53,165 nt of DNA, taken from positions 1-53,165 of IMG/VR virus record IMGVR_UViG_3300032225_001816. The stretch is one strand, 5' to 3'. Both the position numbers and the translations under genes were made by a program. This document shows, in pieces, positions 29,599-39,321 of this stretch. The notes under the pieces are model-generated. The model made no database searches. It was not told where the DNA came from and saw only the letters and a program-made list of their open reading frames with translations. Every line of letters begins with the position of its first letter. The first letter of the stretch is position 1. The DNA comes from a virus. Its lineage: Duplodnaviria; Caudoviricetes.

Positions 29599-29778
29599 AT
29601 GAAAGCGAATTTAAGAACCACCATCGGTGGTATTCTAGCTGCTGTTGGTGGTTACCTTGTAACCCAAACAGGAGATTTGCATTTGGTTGGACAAATCTTA
29701 CAAGCAGTAGGTATATTCTTTTTAGGATACTCTGCTCAAGATGCCCCACCAATGACTCTAGACAAGAAAGAAGATTAA
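29599..29778 (+). CDS. Small two-TM protein, holin-like (paralog of 37407..37571)
   Basis: MKANLRTTIGGILAAVG...GIFFLGYSAQD; ATATTTAT upstream, terminator downstream. Confidence 0.65.
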   Translation: MKANLRTTIGGILAAVGGYLVTQTGDLHLVGQILQAVGIFFLGYSAQDAPPMTLDKKED

Positions 29779-29785
29779 TTTCTCC

Positions 29786-29810
29786 AACCCAGCTATAAGC
29801 TGGGTTTTTT
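29786..29810 (+). terminator. Intrinsic terminator
   Basis: AACCCAGC-tataa-GCTGGGTT plus T run. Confidence 0.85.
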
Positions 29811-29843
29811 GTTTTGGCAAAATAAAAGTTATATATTCACATT

Positions 29844-30047
29844 ATGAAACAATTAATAATCGATCCTCCAGGTGGTTGGAAGTATGGTTTTCCAAAACCT
29901 ATTCCTGAAGATAAAAGAAAAGATTCTTTAACCTGGTTAGTAGAACAGGGATATCCTCAAGAAATAATAGATGAATTAGGTGAATATTTTTATTGTAGAT
30001 ACTGGGAAACAGATACAAATGAAACGAACGAAACAGAAGGACGATAA
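29844..30047 (+). CDS. Hypothetical protein
   Basis: IDPPGGWKYGFPK; follows a GGCA motif. Confidence 0.65.
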   Translation: MKQLIIDPPGGWKYGFPKPIPEDKRKDSLTWLVEQGYPQEIIDELGEYFYCRYWETDTNETNETEGR

Positions 30048-30228
30048 ACGTGAGTGGTTTATAGTTATGAACTCTAAATTAGAATATTACTGCGGTATGA
30101 TGTACGGTGGTGAGTTAGTATGGAGTGGTGACTATAAAGAAGCTAAGCCATTAGATGATGAAGCTAAATTTAGAGCATTAAAGTCTCTTTCGTATGGTGA
30201 AGAGCTCATTTTAGATTATATTGAATGA
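30019..30228 (+). CDS. Hypothetical protein
   Basis: Start placed at ATG 30019. Confidence 0.55.
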   Translation: MKRTKQKDDKREWFIVMNSKLEYYCGMMYGGELVWSGDYKEAKPLDDEAKFRALKSLSYGEELILDYIE

Positions 30229-30353
30229 AAAAACTAAAAAAATGGTTGTGTTGCATATTTTTAACAGGGCATAAATGGGAAACCACTTATACTTATAATG
30301 GCGTTACTTATTTTAGGTGTAGAAAATGTGGATCTCGAAGAAGTAAATCGTAA
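30225..30353 (+). CDS. Small Cys/His protein (DUF1660-like; 42 aa, not in ORF track)
   Basis: WLCCIFLTGHKW...CRKCG. Confidence 0.5.
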   Translation: MKKLKKWLCCIFLTGHKWETTYTYNGVTYFRCRKCGSRRSKS

Positions 30354-30365
30354 ATTTAATTTGTT

Positions 30366-30581
30366 ATGGAAAATAATTATCCACCACCGGTTTATCCAAA
30401 ACCAAATCCTGAATATGATGCTTGGCGTAAAGCACGTTTTCTAGAACAAGTAAAAAATACTAAATGGGATGCTTGTGACCCTAATGAATATCAGGGTAAA
30501 CCACGTGGCCGTAAAGCTAAAGTAATAGAACGTCCCAAAGCACAACCTAGATTAGGTGAAAGATATAATTGGTTAGATTAA
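30366..30581 (+). CDS. Hypothetical basic protein
   Basis: Contains KPRGRK (AT-hook-like). Confidence 0.55.
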   Translation: MENNYPPPVYPKPNPEYDAWRKARFLEQVKNTKWDACDPNEYQGKPRGRKAKVIERPKAQPRLGERYNWLD

Positions 30582-30601
30582 TAAACTAAAAATAACAATA
30601 T

Positions 30602-30844
30602 ATGGCAATACAATTAGAATTACCTTTTAAAGAGTATAAAATGGATAAATACAAAGCATTAAACGACAAATACTTTAACTTTGAAATATTTGAAGATATC
30701 TTCAAAGCAATAAATGAAATGAGACACCCAGAACATGATATGTTTAATGCTGGTATTGCTAGTGCTGATGGTGCTATTAGACGCTTGAGAGAACAATATT
30801 ATGATTCAATAAAGAAAATGTATGATCAAGAAGATACTAACTAA
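30602..30844 (+). CDS. Hypothetical protein
   Basis: ORF; N-terminal QLELPF resembles a clamp-binding motif. Confidence 0.55.
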   Translation: MAIQLELPFKEYKMDKYKALNDKYFNFEIFEDIFKAINEMRHPEHDMFNAGIASADGAIRRLREQYYDSIKKMYDQEDTN

Positions 30845-30941
30845 CTTTGAGCAGTGGTTCAATAAGGAATTTGGATGGTTTTTTACAAACGGAAATAAGA
30901 AGGCAAAATAATAATCGTATATTTATTCAAAACAATTAAGT

Positions 30942-31136
30942 ATGACAACTAAAGAAGAAATGTACATGAAATGCCTAATGATTGAAGCATTCGTGAAATC
31001 AGCAGTAATTAATGGTATGACTGATAATGCAACATTAGTATCAATGGTTGATGGAGCATTTCATCCTGAAACCAGTGATGAAATGGAAGCGTATTCTGAA
31101 GCAATCATATACGCTAAGTTTTCAATATTAAATTAA
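30942..31136 (+). CDS. Hypothetical protein
   Basis: Single gene between a GGCA motif and a terminator. Confidence 0.6.
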   Translation: MTTKEEMYMKCLMIEAFVKSAVINGMTDNATLVSMVDGAFHPETSDEMEAYSEAIIYAKFSILN

Positions 31137-31162
31137 TATTAAATCTCCATATAAATTTAATT

Positions 31163-31188
31163 AAGCCCTCATTTTGAGGGCTTTTTTT
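31163..31188 (+). terminator. Intrinsic terminator
   Basis: AAGCCCTCA-ttt-TGAGGGCTT plus T run. Confidence 0.85.
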
Positions 31189-31217
31189 ATCATATTTATT
31201 GGAAATCGATTAAAAGT

Positions 31218-31802
31218 ATGAAACAGTTCCTTAGTGTACTGTTCCTATTAACCATTTTTTTTTATCCAAAAGCACAAACACTCGATACAGTAGAATACCA
31301 TTCGACTAATGTTATATACCAAGTAACAAATATCCCTGGTAACACCTACACCTGGACAGTTGCCACACCCGGCACAATAACAAATGGTCAAGGAACAAAC
31401 CAAATAACAGTAAATTGGAACTCAGCAGGTCCTGGATATATCCCAAATGCTGTATCTGTATATGCAACCAATCAATTTGGCTGTATTAGCCCTACAGTAT
31501 TACTGAATTTATTTATACCAGTTCCTCCTTCATCTATCTTTTATCCAAATGCTTTTACACCTAATGGTGATGGAATTAATGATGGGTGGTCACCAATTCC
31601 ATTTAATATAATTAAAATAAGATGGGAAATATATAATCGATGGGGTGAAAGAGTATATCAATGCTACGATATAGGAAAAAAATGGAATGGAATATATAAA
31701 GGAGCACCACAGGGAACATTTAATTTTGTTTATATTTGTTGGTGGCGTGGTATTGATGGAAAAACAGGATTTGATAAAGGAAATTTAATATTAATACGAT
31801 GA
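31218..31802 (+). CDS. Secreted protein: signal peptide, PKD-like domain, T9SS type B (gliding motility-associated) C-terminal domain
   Basis: YTWTV..G.I..GQGTNQITVNW; YPNAFTPNGDGIND..IYNRWGERVY..WNG.YKG..G.LILIR. Confidence 0.88.
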   Translation: MKQFLSVLFLLTIFFYPKAQTLDTVEYHSTNVIYQVTNIPGNTYTWTVATPGTITNGQGTNQITVNWNSAGPGYIPNAVSVYATNQFGCISPTVLLNLFIPVPPSSIFYPNAFTPNGDGINDGWSPIPFNIIKIRWEIYNRWGERVYQCYDIGKKWNGIYKGAPQGTFNFVYICWWRGIDGKTGFDKGNLILIR

Positions 31803-31939
31803 AACCATTATTAAAAAAGTATGCTATAAGAGCTATTATATTAATATTGCTCTTTTTATTAGCAATGATATTTAATGGGTGTAATAGATACTATTCACCT
31901 GAAAGATATGCTAATCCTAGACATAAGTTTAGAGCTTAA
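31799..31939 (+). CDS. Small lipoprotein (46 aa, not in ORF track)
   Basis: MKPLLKKYAIRAIILILLFLLAMIFNG-C; start overlaps previous stop and stop abuts next ATG. Confidence 0.6.
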   Translation: MKPLLKKYAIRAIILILLFLLAMIFNGCNRYYSPERYANPRHKFRA

Positions 31940-33295
31940 ATGAAAAAAACCATAGTTACAATATTATTATTACTAGTTTCAATTTTGAGTTATTCACAAT
32001 GTGGTAACTTAGATTTTGAGACAGGTAATTTTACTGGATGGTATGGTAAATTGGGTACTTGTTGTCCTATTGCTTTACCAACAAATGGTTTTGGTAATAC
32101 AAGACAAACCATAATGACTCAAGGTATTGATCCCCATTCATGTGGTGGATTAAGAACAGTATATGCAGGAACATACTCAGCAAGATTAGGTAATGATAGA
32201 GTAGGAGCACAAGCAGAAGGATTATATTATCAATTCACTGTAACACCATCTACAACAATTATCAGATATGCTTACGCTGTAGTATTTCAGGATCCAGGAC
32301 ACTCCCCATCAGATCAACCCCGATTTCAATCACGCGTTAGATTAGCGAATGGTTCTGTAATACCATGTACTGATTATACAGTAACAGCAGCATCTAATTT
32401 ACCTGGATTTCAGTATTGTCCACCACCACCACCTGATACATCAAATGTTGCTTGGAGAGACTGGACTGAAGTTGCTTTAGATTTATCTGCTTATGTAGGA
32501 CAAACAGTAACACTTGAATTTGAAACGGGTGATTGTAAATTAAGAGGTCACTATGGATATGCCTATATAGATGCTGTTCAATGTGGACAAGTAGATACTC
32601 ATGTAACATATTGTGAAAATGATACTACATTAACAATAAATGGAATGGGTGGGTTTGCTAGTTATCTTTGGGAAACTGGAGATACAACTCAAAATATAAC
32701 TGTTAATCCACAACTATATGACACAATAACATGTCAAGTAACTACATTTTTAGGATGTCAACTAACATTATATTACATATTAGATATGGCTCCTGGTCAT
32801 CCCAATTTTATTTGGGGTACTGATTGTAATGGGTTAACTCAACTTACAAATACAAGTAATGCTAGTTATTCGCCAATAAATTATTTATGGACATTTCCTA
32901 ATGGCACAACATCTACATTACAGAACCCAACTATAACATTAGCACCTGGTACCTATAATGTGACATTACAAATATCATCTAATTTAGGATGTGGTAGAGA
33001 TACAACTATTCAAATAACAGTACCACAATTACCTAACCCTAGATTTACAGCTCCAAACGTCTGCTTGGGAAATCCAACTCAGTTTAGTAACTTATCAGCA
33101 CAAGGTAATATACTGTATAATTGGAATTTTGGTGATAATAATACGTCTACTATATTTTCACCTTCTCATACCTATTTATCAGTAGGAACATATAATGTAA
33201 CTTTAACTGCTACAAGCGGACCATGTACCTCTTCAACTCAAGGACAAGTAACAATATATCCATTACCAACAATAACCCCAATTATACATAACTAA
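31940..33295 (+). CDS. Secreted PKD-domain protein
   Basis: Signal peptide; NLDFETGNFTGW domain; PKD signatures WNFGD..STIFSPSHTY..GTYNVTL. Confidence 0.85.
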   Translation: MKKTIVTILLLLVSILSYSQCGNLDFETGNFTGWYGKLGTCCPIALPTNGFGNTRQTIMTQGIDPHSCGGLRTVYAGTYSARLGNDRVGAQAEGLYYQFTVTPSTTIIRYAYAVVFQDPGHSPSDQPRFQSRVRLANGSVIPCTDYTVTAASNLPGFQYCPPPPPDTSNVAWRDWTEVALDLSAYVGQTVTLEFETGDCKLRGHYGYAYIDAVQCGQVDTHVTYCENDTTLTINGMGGFASYLWETGDTTQNITVNPQLYDTITCQVTTFLGCQLTLYYILDMAPGHPNFIWGTDCNGLTQLTNTSNASYSPINYLWTFPNGTTSTLQNPTITLAPGTYNVTLQISSNLGCGRDTTIQITVPQLPNPRFTAPNVCLGNPTQFSNLSAQGNILYNWNFGDNNTSTIFSPSHTYLSVGTYNVTLTATSGPCTSSTQGQVTIYPLPTITPIIHN

Positions 33296-33307
33296 ACCAT
33301 TACAATT

Positions 33308-35077
33308 ATGAGAATAATATTTACTTTAATATTTGTTTTATTAAGTTTCTTTTTAAATGCAAAGAACACCACAGTTAATACTTTATCTCAACTACAAACT
33401 ACATTCTCCGCCGCCGTTGCTAATGATACTATAACAATAACAAATGGTACTTATAATTGGGGGCAAATAAACTTAGTAAACACAAGAACTACTTCTACTA
33501 GTGCATGGATTGTAGTGAAAGCACAAACACCACTTGGAGTTACTTTTACTGGCTCAACATATTTGGGATTTTCAGGTAAAAGAATATTAATTACTGGCTT
33601 TAGATTTGCTAATGGTAATTCAGGCACAAATGCGGTAATTGCTTTTAGATCATCTTCATCTGTGCTAGCTGACTATTGTAGAGTTAGTAATATAAGAATA
33701 GACAATTATAACACACCAGACAGTGCAATTGAAAATGAATGGGTAGCTATATATGGAATACGAAATAGATTAGACCATTGTTCATTTATTAATAAATCAA
33801 ATGCTAGAGCAACAGTAGTTGTTTGGTACAGCACAGCAACCTTCCCTGCAAAATCAACTTCAACCTATCATATAATTGATTCAAATGCTTTCGTTCATAG
33901 AAGCTATATGGGTGGAAATGGTGGTGAGAGTCTTCGTGTTGGGGTGGGAAATAATTCCAGAACTGATGGATATAATATAATTGAATATAATTTATTTGAA
34001 GATTGTATTCAAACTGAACCAGAAATTGTATCAAATAAATCTGCTCGTAACATATATCGTTACAATACCTTTCATAATTGTAATGGTGGATTAACATTAA
34101 GAATGGGTAAATACTCTACAGTTTATTCTAATTTTTTTATAAACAATGATCCAACAAAAACAGGTTCTTATGGTATAAGAATTATTGATAAGGGACACAC
34201 TGTGTTTAATAATTATTGTGAAGGATTATTAGGTACAAGTAACTCTACAAGTTCAATGAGATGTCCAATAGTAATTTATAATGGTTCATTTGCTACAGCT
34301 GATAGTCTAAATCCACTTATTTTGAATGGAGCATATCTACCAGCAGATAGTGCAGTTGTTATATTTAATACAATTGTAAATTGTCCAGGTGGACCAGGTA
34401 TTAGAATAGGACATACTGATAATGGAGCTGCAACTAATCAACCAAAAGGACTAAAGATATCAAATAATCTAATTAAAATGAGTAGTGGTCAAGCCGCATA
34501 TAAAGATTCTAAAAATACTACTCTTACTTATACAGCAGAAGGAAATAGGTATAGTGCTCCAAATGGTTTAGGACTAACTAGTATTACTGGTTTTACTAAC
34601 ACAACATTATCTTTTAGTAATAGAGCAAATGGTATACTAACAGCACCTGTTATAATTAGAGATGCTTCTGTTAATACATCTAAGTATACTAGTACTTTAT
34701 TAGGTCTAGATATACAAGGACAAACACGATCTTCTATTTATGATGTTGGATGTGATGAAATAAATGGTAGTGGATTAGTAAAAGCAATACCAGTAGATAC
34801 TACAAAAGTTGGAGCTTCATCAAGCACAATAACATACGCAAAATCAACTTCAACTGTAGTGATTATAGAACCTGTTTTTCAATATGATATAGCTAAAAAA
34901 GCCATTCGTATAGATTCTAAACTAGCAGGAGAAATAATGATCACAAATGTATTAGGAAATATTAGATTTATAGCAAAATATAATGCGGGTGGTCAATGGA
35001 TAAATTTAAATACATTACCAAGTGGATATTATTTTGCAAAAACATACAATAATATAATCACCTTTTTTATTAATTAA
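33308..35077 (+). CDS. Polysaccharide lyase family 6 (chondroitinase B/alginate lyase-like) with T9SS type A-like CTD
   Basis: Signal peptide; NRLDHC, NGGESLRVG, IEYNLFE, EPEIVSNKS, GLTLR; C-terminal ITNVLG..INL..LPSGYYF. Confidence 0.85.
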   Translation: MRIIFTLIFVLLSFFLNAKNTTVNTLSQLQTTFSAAVANDTITITNGTYNWGQINLVNTRTTSTSAWIVVKAQTPLGVTFTGSTYLGFSGKRILITGFRFANGNSGTNAVIAFRSSSSVLADYCRVSNIRIDNYNTPDSAIENEWVAIYGIRNRLDHCSFINKSNARATVVVWYSTATFPAKSTSTYHIIDSNAFVHRSYMGGNGGESLRVGVGNNSRTDGYNIIEYNLFEDCIQTEPEIVSNKSARNIYRYNTFHNCNGGLTLRMGKYSTVYSNFFINNDPTKTGSYGIRIIDKGHTVFNNYCEGLLGTSNSTSSMRCPIVIYNGSFATADSLNPLILNGAYLPADSAVVIFNTIVNCPGGPGIRIGHTDNGAATNQPKGLKISNNLIKMSSGQAAYKDSKNTTLTYTAEGNRYSAPNGLGLTSITGFTNTTLSFSNRANGILTAPVIIRDASVNTSKYTSTLLGLDIQGQTRSSIYDVGCDEINGSGLVKAIPVDTTKVGASSSTITYAKSTSTVVIIEPVFQYDIAKKAIRIDSKLAGEIMITNVLGNIRFIAKYNAGGQWINLNTLPSGYYFAKTYNNIITFFIN

Positions 35078-35086
35078 AAAGAAAAC

Positions 35087-37375
35087 ATGAAAAAACTCGT
35101 TTTATTATTAACACTGTTATTTACAGTAGCATTCGCTAATGCTAGGAAATTTTATTTTAGTTCTTCAACTGGCAACGACAGTTACACTACAACACAAGCA
35201 CAAAACCAAGCTACACCTTGGGCAACATTAAGGAAATTAACACAACTTACTACTAACACAAATGGCACAACTGTATTTAGAGCAGGCGATTCCATTTGCT
35301 TTAAACGTGGCGATGTATTCGCTAATGGTATGGCAAATGGGTATTGTTCAGCTTATTGGTGGAATGTACAAGGTGATGCTTATTTCACAGCACCAAGTGG
35401 CACACCAGGTAATCCAATAGTAATTACTAATTATGGTGATCCAACTTTACCATTACCAAACTGGCTATATCCGACAGCTACCTATCCTGTATCGACTTGG
35501 AATAGTAGAGAAGGTAGAGCAATAATTGAATTTAGTGGGGTACATGATATTGTTGTAGATGGTATTCAATCAAATGACTACAGAGTACCTGAATGGGATA
35601 AAGCAAATCCTGGGTATACAGGTGGTTGGATATTAGGAGAACCTACACGCTCACCCGCTTATGGTCAAGCAGGTTGTGTTTCAGATACTAATTTAAGAAA
35701 ACAATTCGTAAGAAGGTTTACACTCAAGAATTGTGTATTCAATAATTGTATGTACGGTATTCAAGATTGTGCAATGTGGGATAGTAAAATAACTAATTGC
35801 ACATTTACAAACTTTAAGTCATCAGCGGATACAGCCGGTACACACGACATAATGGCAGGTTCATTAGATGGATTATGTGGATTTAATCTTGAAATTAGTC
35901 ATAACCTTATCAAAGGAGCTTGGGGTAAATCAGGTAGGATTGGTTCATGTAGCGGTCTTGGAGGTGTAGCATTAGATATATTTTGTTTACAAGATTCAAG
36001 AGTATGTTACAACACGGTAATAGATTGTGATGGTTTTATTGAAATAGGTAACCTAGACCACAACGATACATTAAGCGGAGCTCAAAGAGATACATTCGCT
36101 TTTAATAAAATAATTAATTGTGGGCAATTTGCATACATTCACGGCTCAGTAGGAGACCCATTCGCAGGTAACAATCATCATTTAGCATTTTGGAATAATG
36201 TATGTATATCAAATAACAAAGATAGATTTATAGGTTGGGGATTCGGCAAAGATGTTTACGGAGATGGACAAGGATTTGGACCAGGTACACGTCAACCGTG
36301 GTGGTTTTTAAGAAATCCATTTAATACGTTAAATGTTGATCCAATGAGACCAATTGTAAGTACTACACAAGGTTCAAATATTATTACTGTTAGCACAAAT
36401 GCAGGAATATCAATTGGATCAGTTTGGTTTACTGATGATGATAATTTAGCGAGTAACGATTATAAAACTGTCACAGTTACAAATATCAATGGTAATATAA
36501 TCACATTAAGTGATGCATCTACAAGAACCGTATCAGGATATACTAATGGTAAATTTTATCTTCCTGTATCCGATCAATCATGGAGTAATCCTGATAATGG
36601 TGCTTGGAATAATTATGGTGGTACAAGATTTACAGTACAGTATGCGGGAGATGCTTATGTTCATGGCAATCAATATGATACTCTATTTGATATGAGAAAT
36701 AATATCTTTTATTGGACTACTGGTATACAAGGTTTATATGACAGAAATAGATTCAAAAGAAACAATAATATATATATGCCAATTGGTGGATGTAGATATC
36801 CATCAGCATTAGGAGGTACTTTAAATTCAAATGAAAGAATAATTTCATCAAAAATATTTGCTGACACAACAGCAATATATCCTGAAAATTGGGACTTACA
36901 CCCAGTAGATACAAGCTATGCTTATAGAGGAGGAACTCCAATCTCAGGATTTACTTATGATTTTGAAGGACATCCTATTACTACTCCGTTTATAGGATTA
37001 TATACTAAATTAGGTACTGTTAGTATTGATTCATGTATATTTGCTTATGGTCAGTGGTCAGCATGTAATGGTTCATATCAAACTAGACCATATACTTCTA
37101 GCCCTGCTAGCTGTATTGGTAATCCTCCATTAGATAGTATTCAAAGAACATGTAATACTGGAATTGTAATTACTTACTTTTATTACAGTCCAGATAGAAA
37201 AAGTATATTTATTAATTGTAATACACCCGGTACTATGATTATAACTAATGTATTAGCTAATATTGTTAGAAGATATAATTATGTAGCAGGTGGTCAGTGG
37301 ATTAATGTTAAACAATTACCTACTGGAACATATTTTGCAGTAACATATAATCAGAGTATAACATTTATAAGATAG
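35087..37375 (+). CDS. Secreted right-handed beta-helix protein with T9SS type A-like CTD
   Basis: Signal peptide; FYFSSSTGND..PWAT..GDSICFKRGD; N/C-ladder repeats; C-terminal ITNVLA..INV..LPTGTYF. Confidence 0.75.
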   Translation: MKKLVLLLTLLFTVAFANARKFYFSSSTGNDSYTTTQAQNQATPWATLRKLTQLTTNTNGTTVFRAGDSICFKRGDVFANGMANGYCSAYWWNVQGDAYFTAPSGTPGNPIVITNYGDPTLPLPNWLYPTATYPVSTWNSREGRAIIEFSGVHDIVVDGIQSNDYRVPEWDKANPGYTGGWILGEPTRSPAYGQAGCVSDTNLRKQFVRRFTLKNCVFNNCMYGIQDCAMWDSKITNCTFTNFKSSADTAGTHDIMAGSLDGLCGFNLEISHNLIKGAWGKSGRIGSCSGLGGVALDIFCLQDSRVCYNTVIDCDGFIEIGNLDHNDTLSGAQRDTFAFNKIINCGQFAYIHGSVGDPFAGNNHHLAFWNNVCISNNKDRFIGWGFGKDVYGDGQGFGPGTRQPWWFLRNPFNTLNVDPMRPIVSTTQGSNIITVSTNAGISIGSVWFTDDDNLASNDYKTVTVTNINGNIITLSDASTRTVSGYTNGKFYLPVSDQSWSNPDNGAWNNYGGTRFTVQYAGDAYVHGNQYDTLFDMRNNIFYWTTGIQGLYDRNRFKRNNNIYMPIGGCRYPSALGGTLNSNERIISSKIFADTTAIYPENWDLHPVDTSYAYRGGTPISGFTYDFEGHPITTPFIGLYTKLGTVSIDSCIFAYGQWSACNGSYQTRPYTSSPASCIGNPPLDSIQRTCNTGIVITYFYYSPDRKSIFINCNTPGTMIITNVLANIVRRYNYVAGGQWINVKQLPTGTYFAVTYNQSITFIR

Positions 37376-37406
37376 TTTTTTATTTTTAAACCAAACCAAT
37401 TCAATT

Positions 37407-37571
37407 ATGAAAGCAAATTGGAAAACAACCGTAGGTGGTATTTTAGCCGCTGTAGGTAGCTACTTAGTAAACTCTCAAACAGGAGTATTAAACTTAGTAG
37501 GACAAGTATGTCAGGCAGTTGGATTATTCTTCTTAGGATACTCTGCTCAGGATGCTAAAAAAGCAGCCTAA
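37407..37571 (+). CDS. Small two-TM protein, holin-like (54 aa, not in ORF track; paralog of 29599..29778)
   Basis: MKANWKTTVGGILAAVGSYLV...GLFFLGYSAQDAKKAA. Confidence 0.7.
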   Translation: MKANWKTTVGGILAAVGSYLVNSQTGVLNLVGQVCQAVGLFFLGYSAQDAKKAA

Positions 37572-37595
37572 TCAGGACATTAAAAAAATCAGAAT

Positions 37596-37621
37596 AGGGC
37601 TCGAGAAATCGAGCCCTTTTT
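37596..37621 (+). terminator. Intrinsic terminator
   Basis: AGGGCTCGA-gaaa-TCGAGCCCT plus T run. Confidence 0.88.
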
Positions 37622-37652
37622 GATATTTATTGCCGACCATGAATTAACAAGT

Positions 37653-38297
37653 ATGAAGAAGCTATTGCTGACTTTCTTATTCTTTATACCTTTTTGTCTC
37701 AGTTCATCCCGCATTATCAAAAGACCAAGTTTCGAAAGAGTCTATTTACGTGTTTTTAAATTGGAAAAAAAGCTAGAACTTTGGACTAGCGATTCGGACA
37801 CTGGTTCTTTTGTATTATACAAAACGTATAATATTTGTATGTTGAGCGGAAAATTAGGACCCAAAAGGAAAGAAGGTGATCTCCAAGTACCAGAAGGGTA
37901 TTATGAAATAGTTGACTTTAACTATCACAGCAAGTACGTATTAAGTTTAGGAATAAATTATCCTAACGAATCAGATAAAATACTTAGTAAATATTCTAAA
38001 TTAGGAGGAAATATATACATTCATGGTAATTGTGTATCTGTAGGATGTATAGCTATGGGAAATGAAAATATAAAAGAAATATTTTCTATATGTGAAATAG
38101 CTAAAAGTAAAGGACAACATATACCAGTTCACATATATCCTATTAATTATAATAATACACCTATATTAAGTGTAATTAAAAATGAAGATTTAAAATTTGA
38201 ATATAATTTGAAGGAAGGGTTTGATTTATTTGAAAAAAATAAGTATTTACCTTTTGTTAGGATAGATAGTATAGGACAATATTTATATTCGCAATAA
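37653..38297 (+). CDS. L,D-transpeptidase-family protein (YkuD fold, YafK/DpaA-like)
   Basis: Signal peptide; GPKRKEGDLQVPEGYY, INYPN, GGNIYIHGNCVSVGCIAM. Confidence 0.88.
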   Translation: MKKLLLTFLFFIPFCLSSSRIIKRPSFERVYLRVFKLEKKLELWTSDSDTGSFVLYKTYNICMLSGKLGPKRKEGDLQVPEGYYEIVDFNYHSKYVLSLGINYPNESDKILSKYSKLGGNIYIHGNCVSVGCIAMGNENIKEIFSICEIAKSKGQHIPVHIYPINYNNTPILSVIKNEDLKFEYNLKEGFDLFEKNKYLPFVRIDSIGQYLYSQ

Positions 38298-38304
38298 CCA
38301 TTGT

Positions 38305-39303
38305 ATGAAAAAATTATTAGTATACCTAGTGTTATGGGCCATCTCCATAAGCGCTAATGCCCAATGTATTGATATATATGGGAGGGAAGCTGATTGTCCC
38401 ACAGAAAATGACTCATTAGTAGTATACAATAGTGCATTAAAGGTTTACGATTTCTACGAAAAAAATCCCGATTACGTTAAATTAAAATCTGTTAGATTAA
38501 AAACTAGACAGGATGTAATTAACTGTTTTTATTCATTACAAGAAGCTGTTGATAGTTTCCAAATAAGATGGCAGTTAAGAGAACGTGTACTAAAAGGAGA
38601 AGATATTCCTAGTGTTTTACTTCCAAGAGATGGTAAAAATATTCCAATAGACCAATACTACCAATACATTGATATGTACAGGTTTTATCAGCGTGAATTA
38701 GAAAGTGGGATATTAAATGTTAATTCTCCATTTCCTATTTACGATATAAGAATAGCTCCTCTAGTAGTTAATTCATATGAAAACAGATATAGTAGTGATG
38801 GATATAATGGAGACTTTGTGAACGTAGCTTTATATATCCCTGTTGTTGTTAAACCATATAGATTACTTACTGACTCAGAAAAAGTAGTTAGAGAAAAAAT
38901 ATTAAAAGGTGTTGTACCAAACAAAGTAATTCCAAAAACTAAAAAGGTAGTTACACCAACACCACCTTCAAAAGAGGTAGTTAAAAAATTAATAAAAGAT
39001 ACTACTTTATTAGCTAGTGCAAATATAGATTTTGTATTACCTCCAATTGGTCAAACAGTAATAATAAATAAAAAACCAAAACCAATACCTTGGGGTGCAA
39101 CTCCAATTTACTATCAACACCCTACAGGCTCTGGTTGGTTAATGGGTTGGATGGTAGGTCGTAAGTTTAGAAAATTTTTACCTGAAGATGAATTTTATTC
39201 GTCGCTTCCAAAATGGATGGTTGATTTTTTAAATAATGATATTGAATTAGAAAAATATCTAAGAATAAAATGGGGTGGTTATTATGATGGAATTTATGAA
39301 TAA
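38305..39303 (+). CDS. Secreted hypothetical protein
   Basis: Signal peptide MKKLLVYLVLWAISISANA-Q. Confidence 0.7.
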   Translation: MKKLLVYLVLWAISISANAQCIDIYGREADCPTENDSLVVYNSALKVYDFYEKNPDYVKLKSVRLKTRQDVINCFYSLQEAVDSFQIRWQLRERVLKGEDIPSVLLPRDGKNIPIDQYYQYIDMYRFYQRELESGILNVNSPFPIYDIRIAPLVVNSYENRYSSDGYNGDFVNVALYIPVVVKPYRLLTDSEKVVREKILKGVVPNKVIPKTKKVVTPTPPSKEVVKKLIKDTTLLASANIDFVLPPIGQTVIINKKPKPIPWGATPIYYQHPTGSGWLMGWMVGRKFRKFLPEDEFYSSLPKWMVDFLNNDIELEKYLRIKWGGYYDGIYE

Positions 39304-39321
39304 ACTATTAAAAACTAAAAT

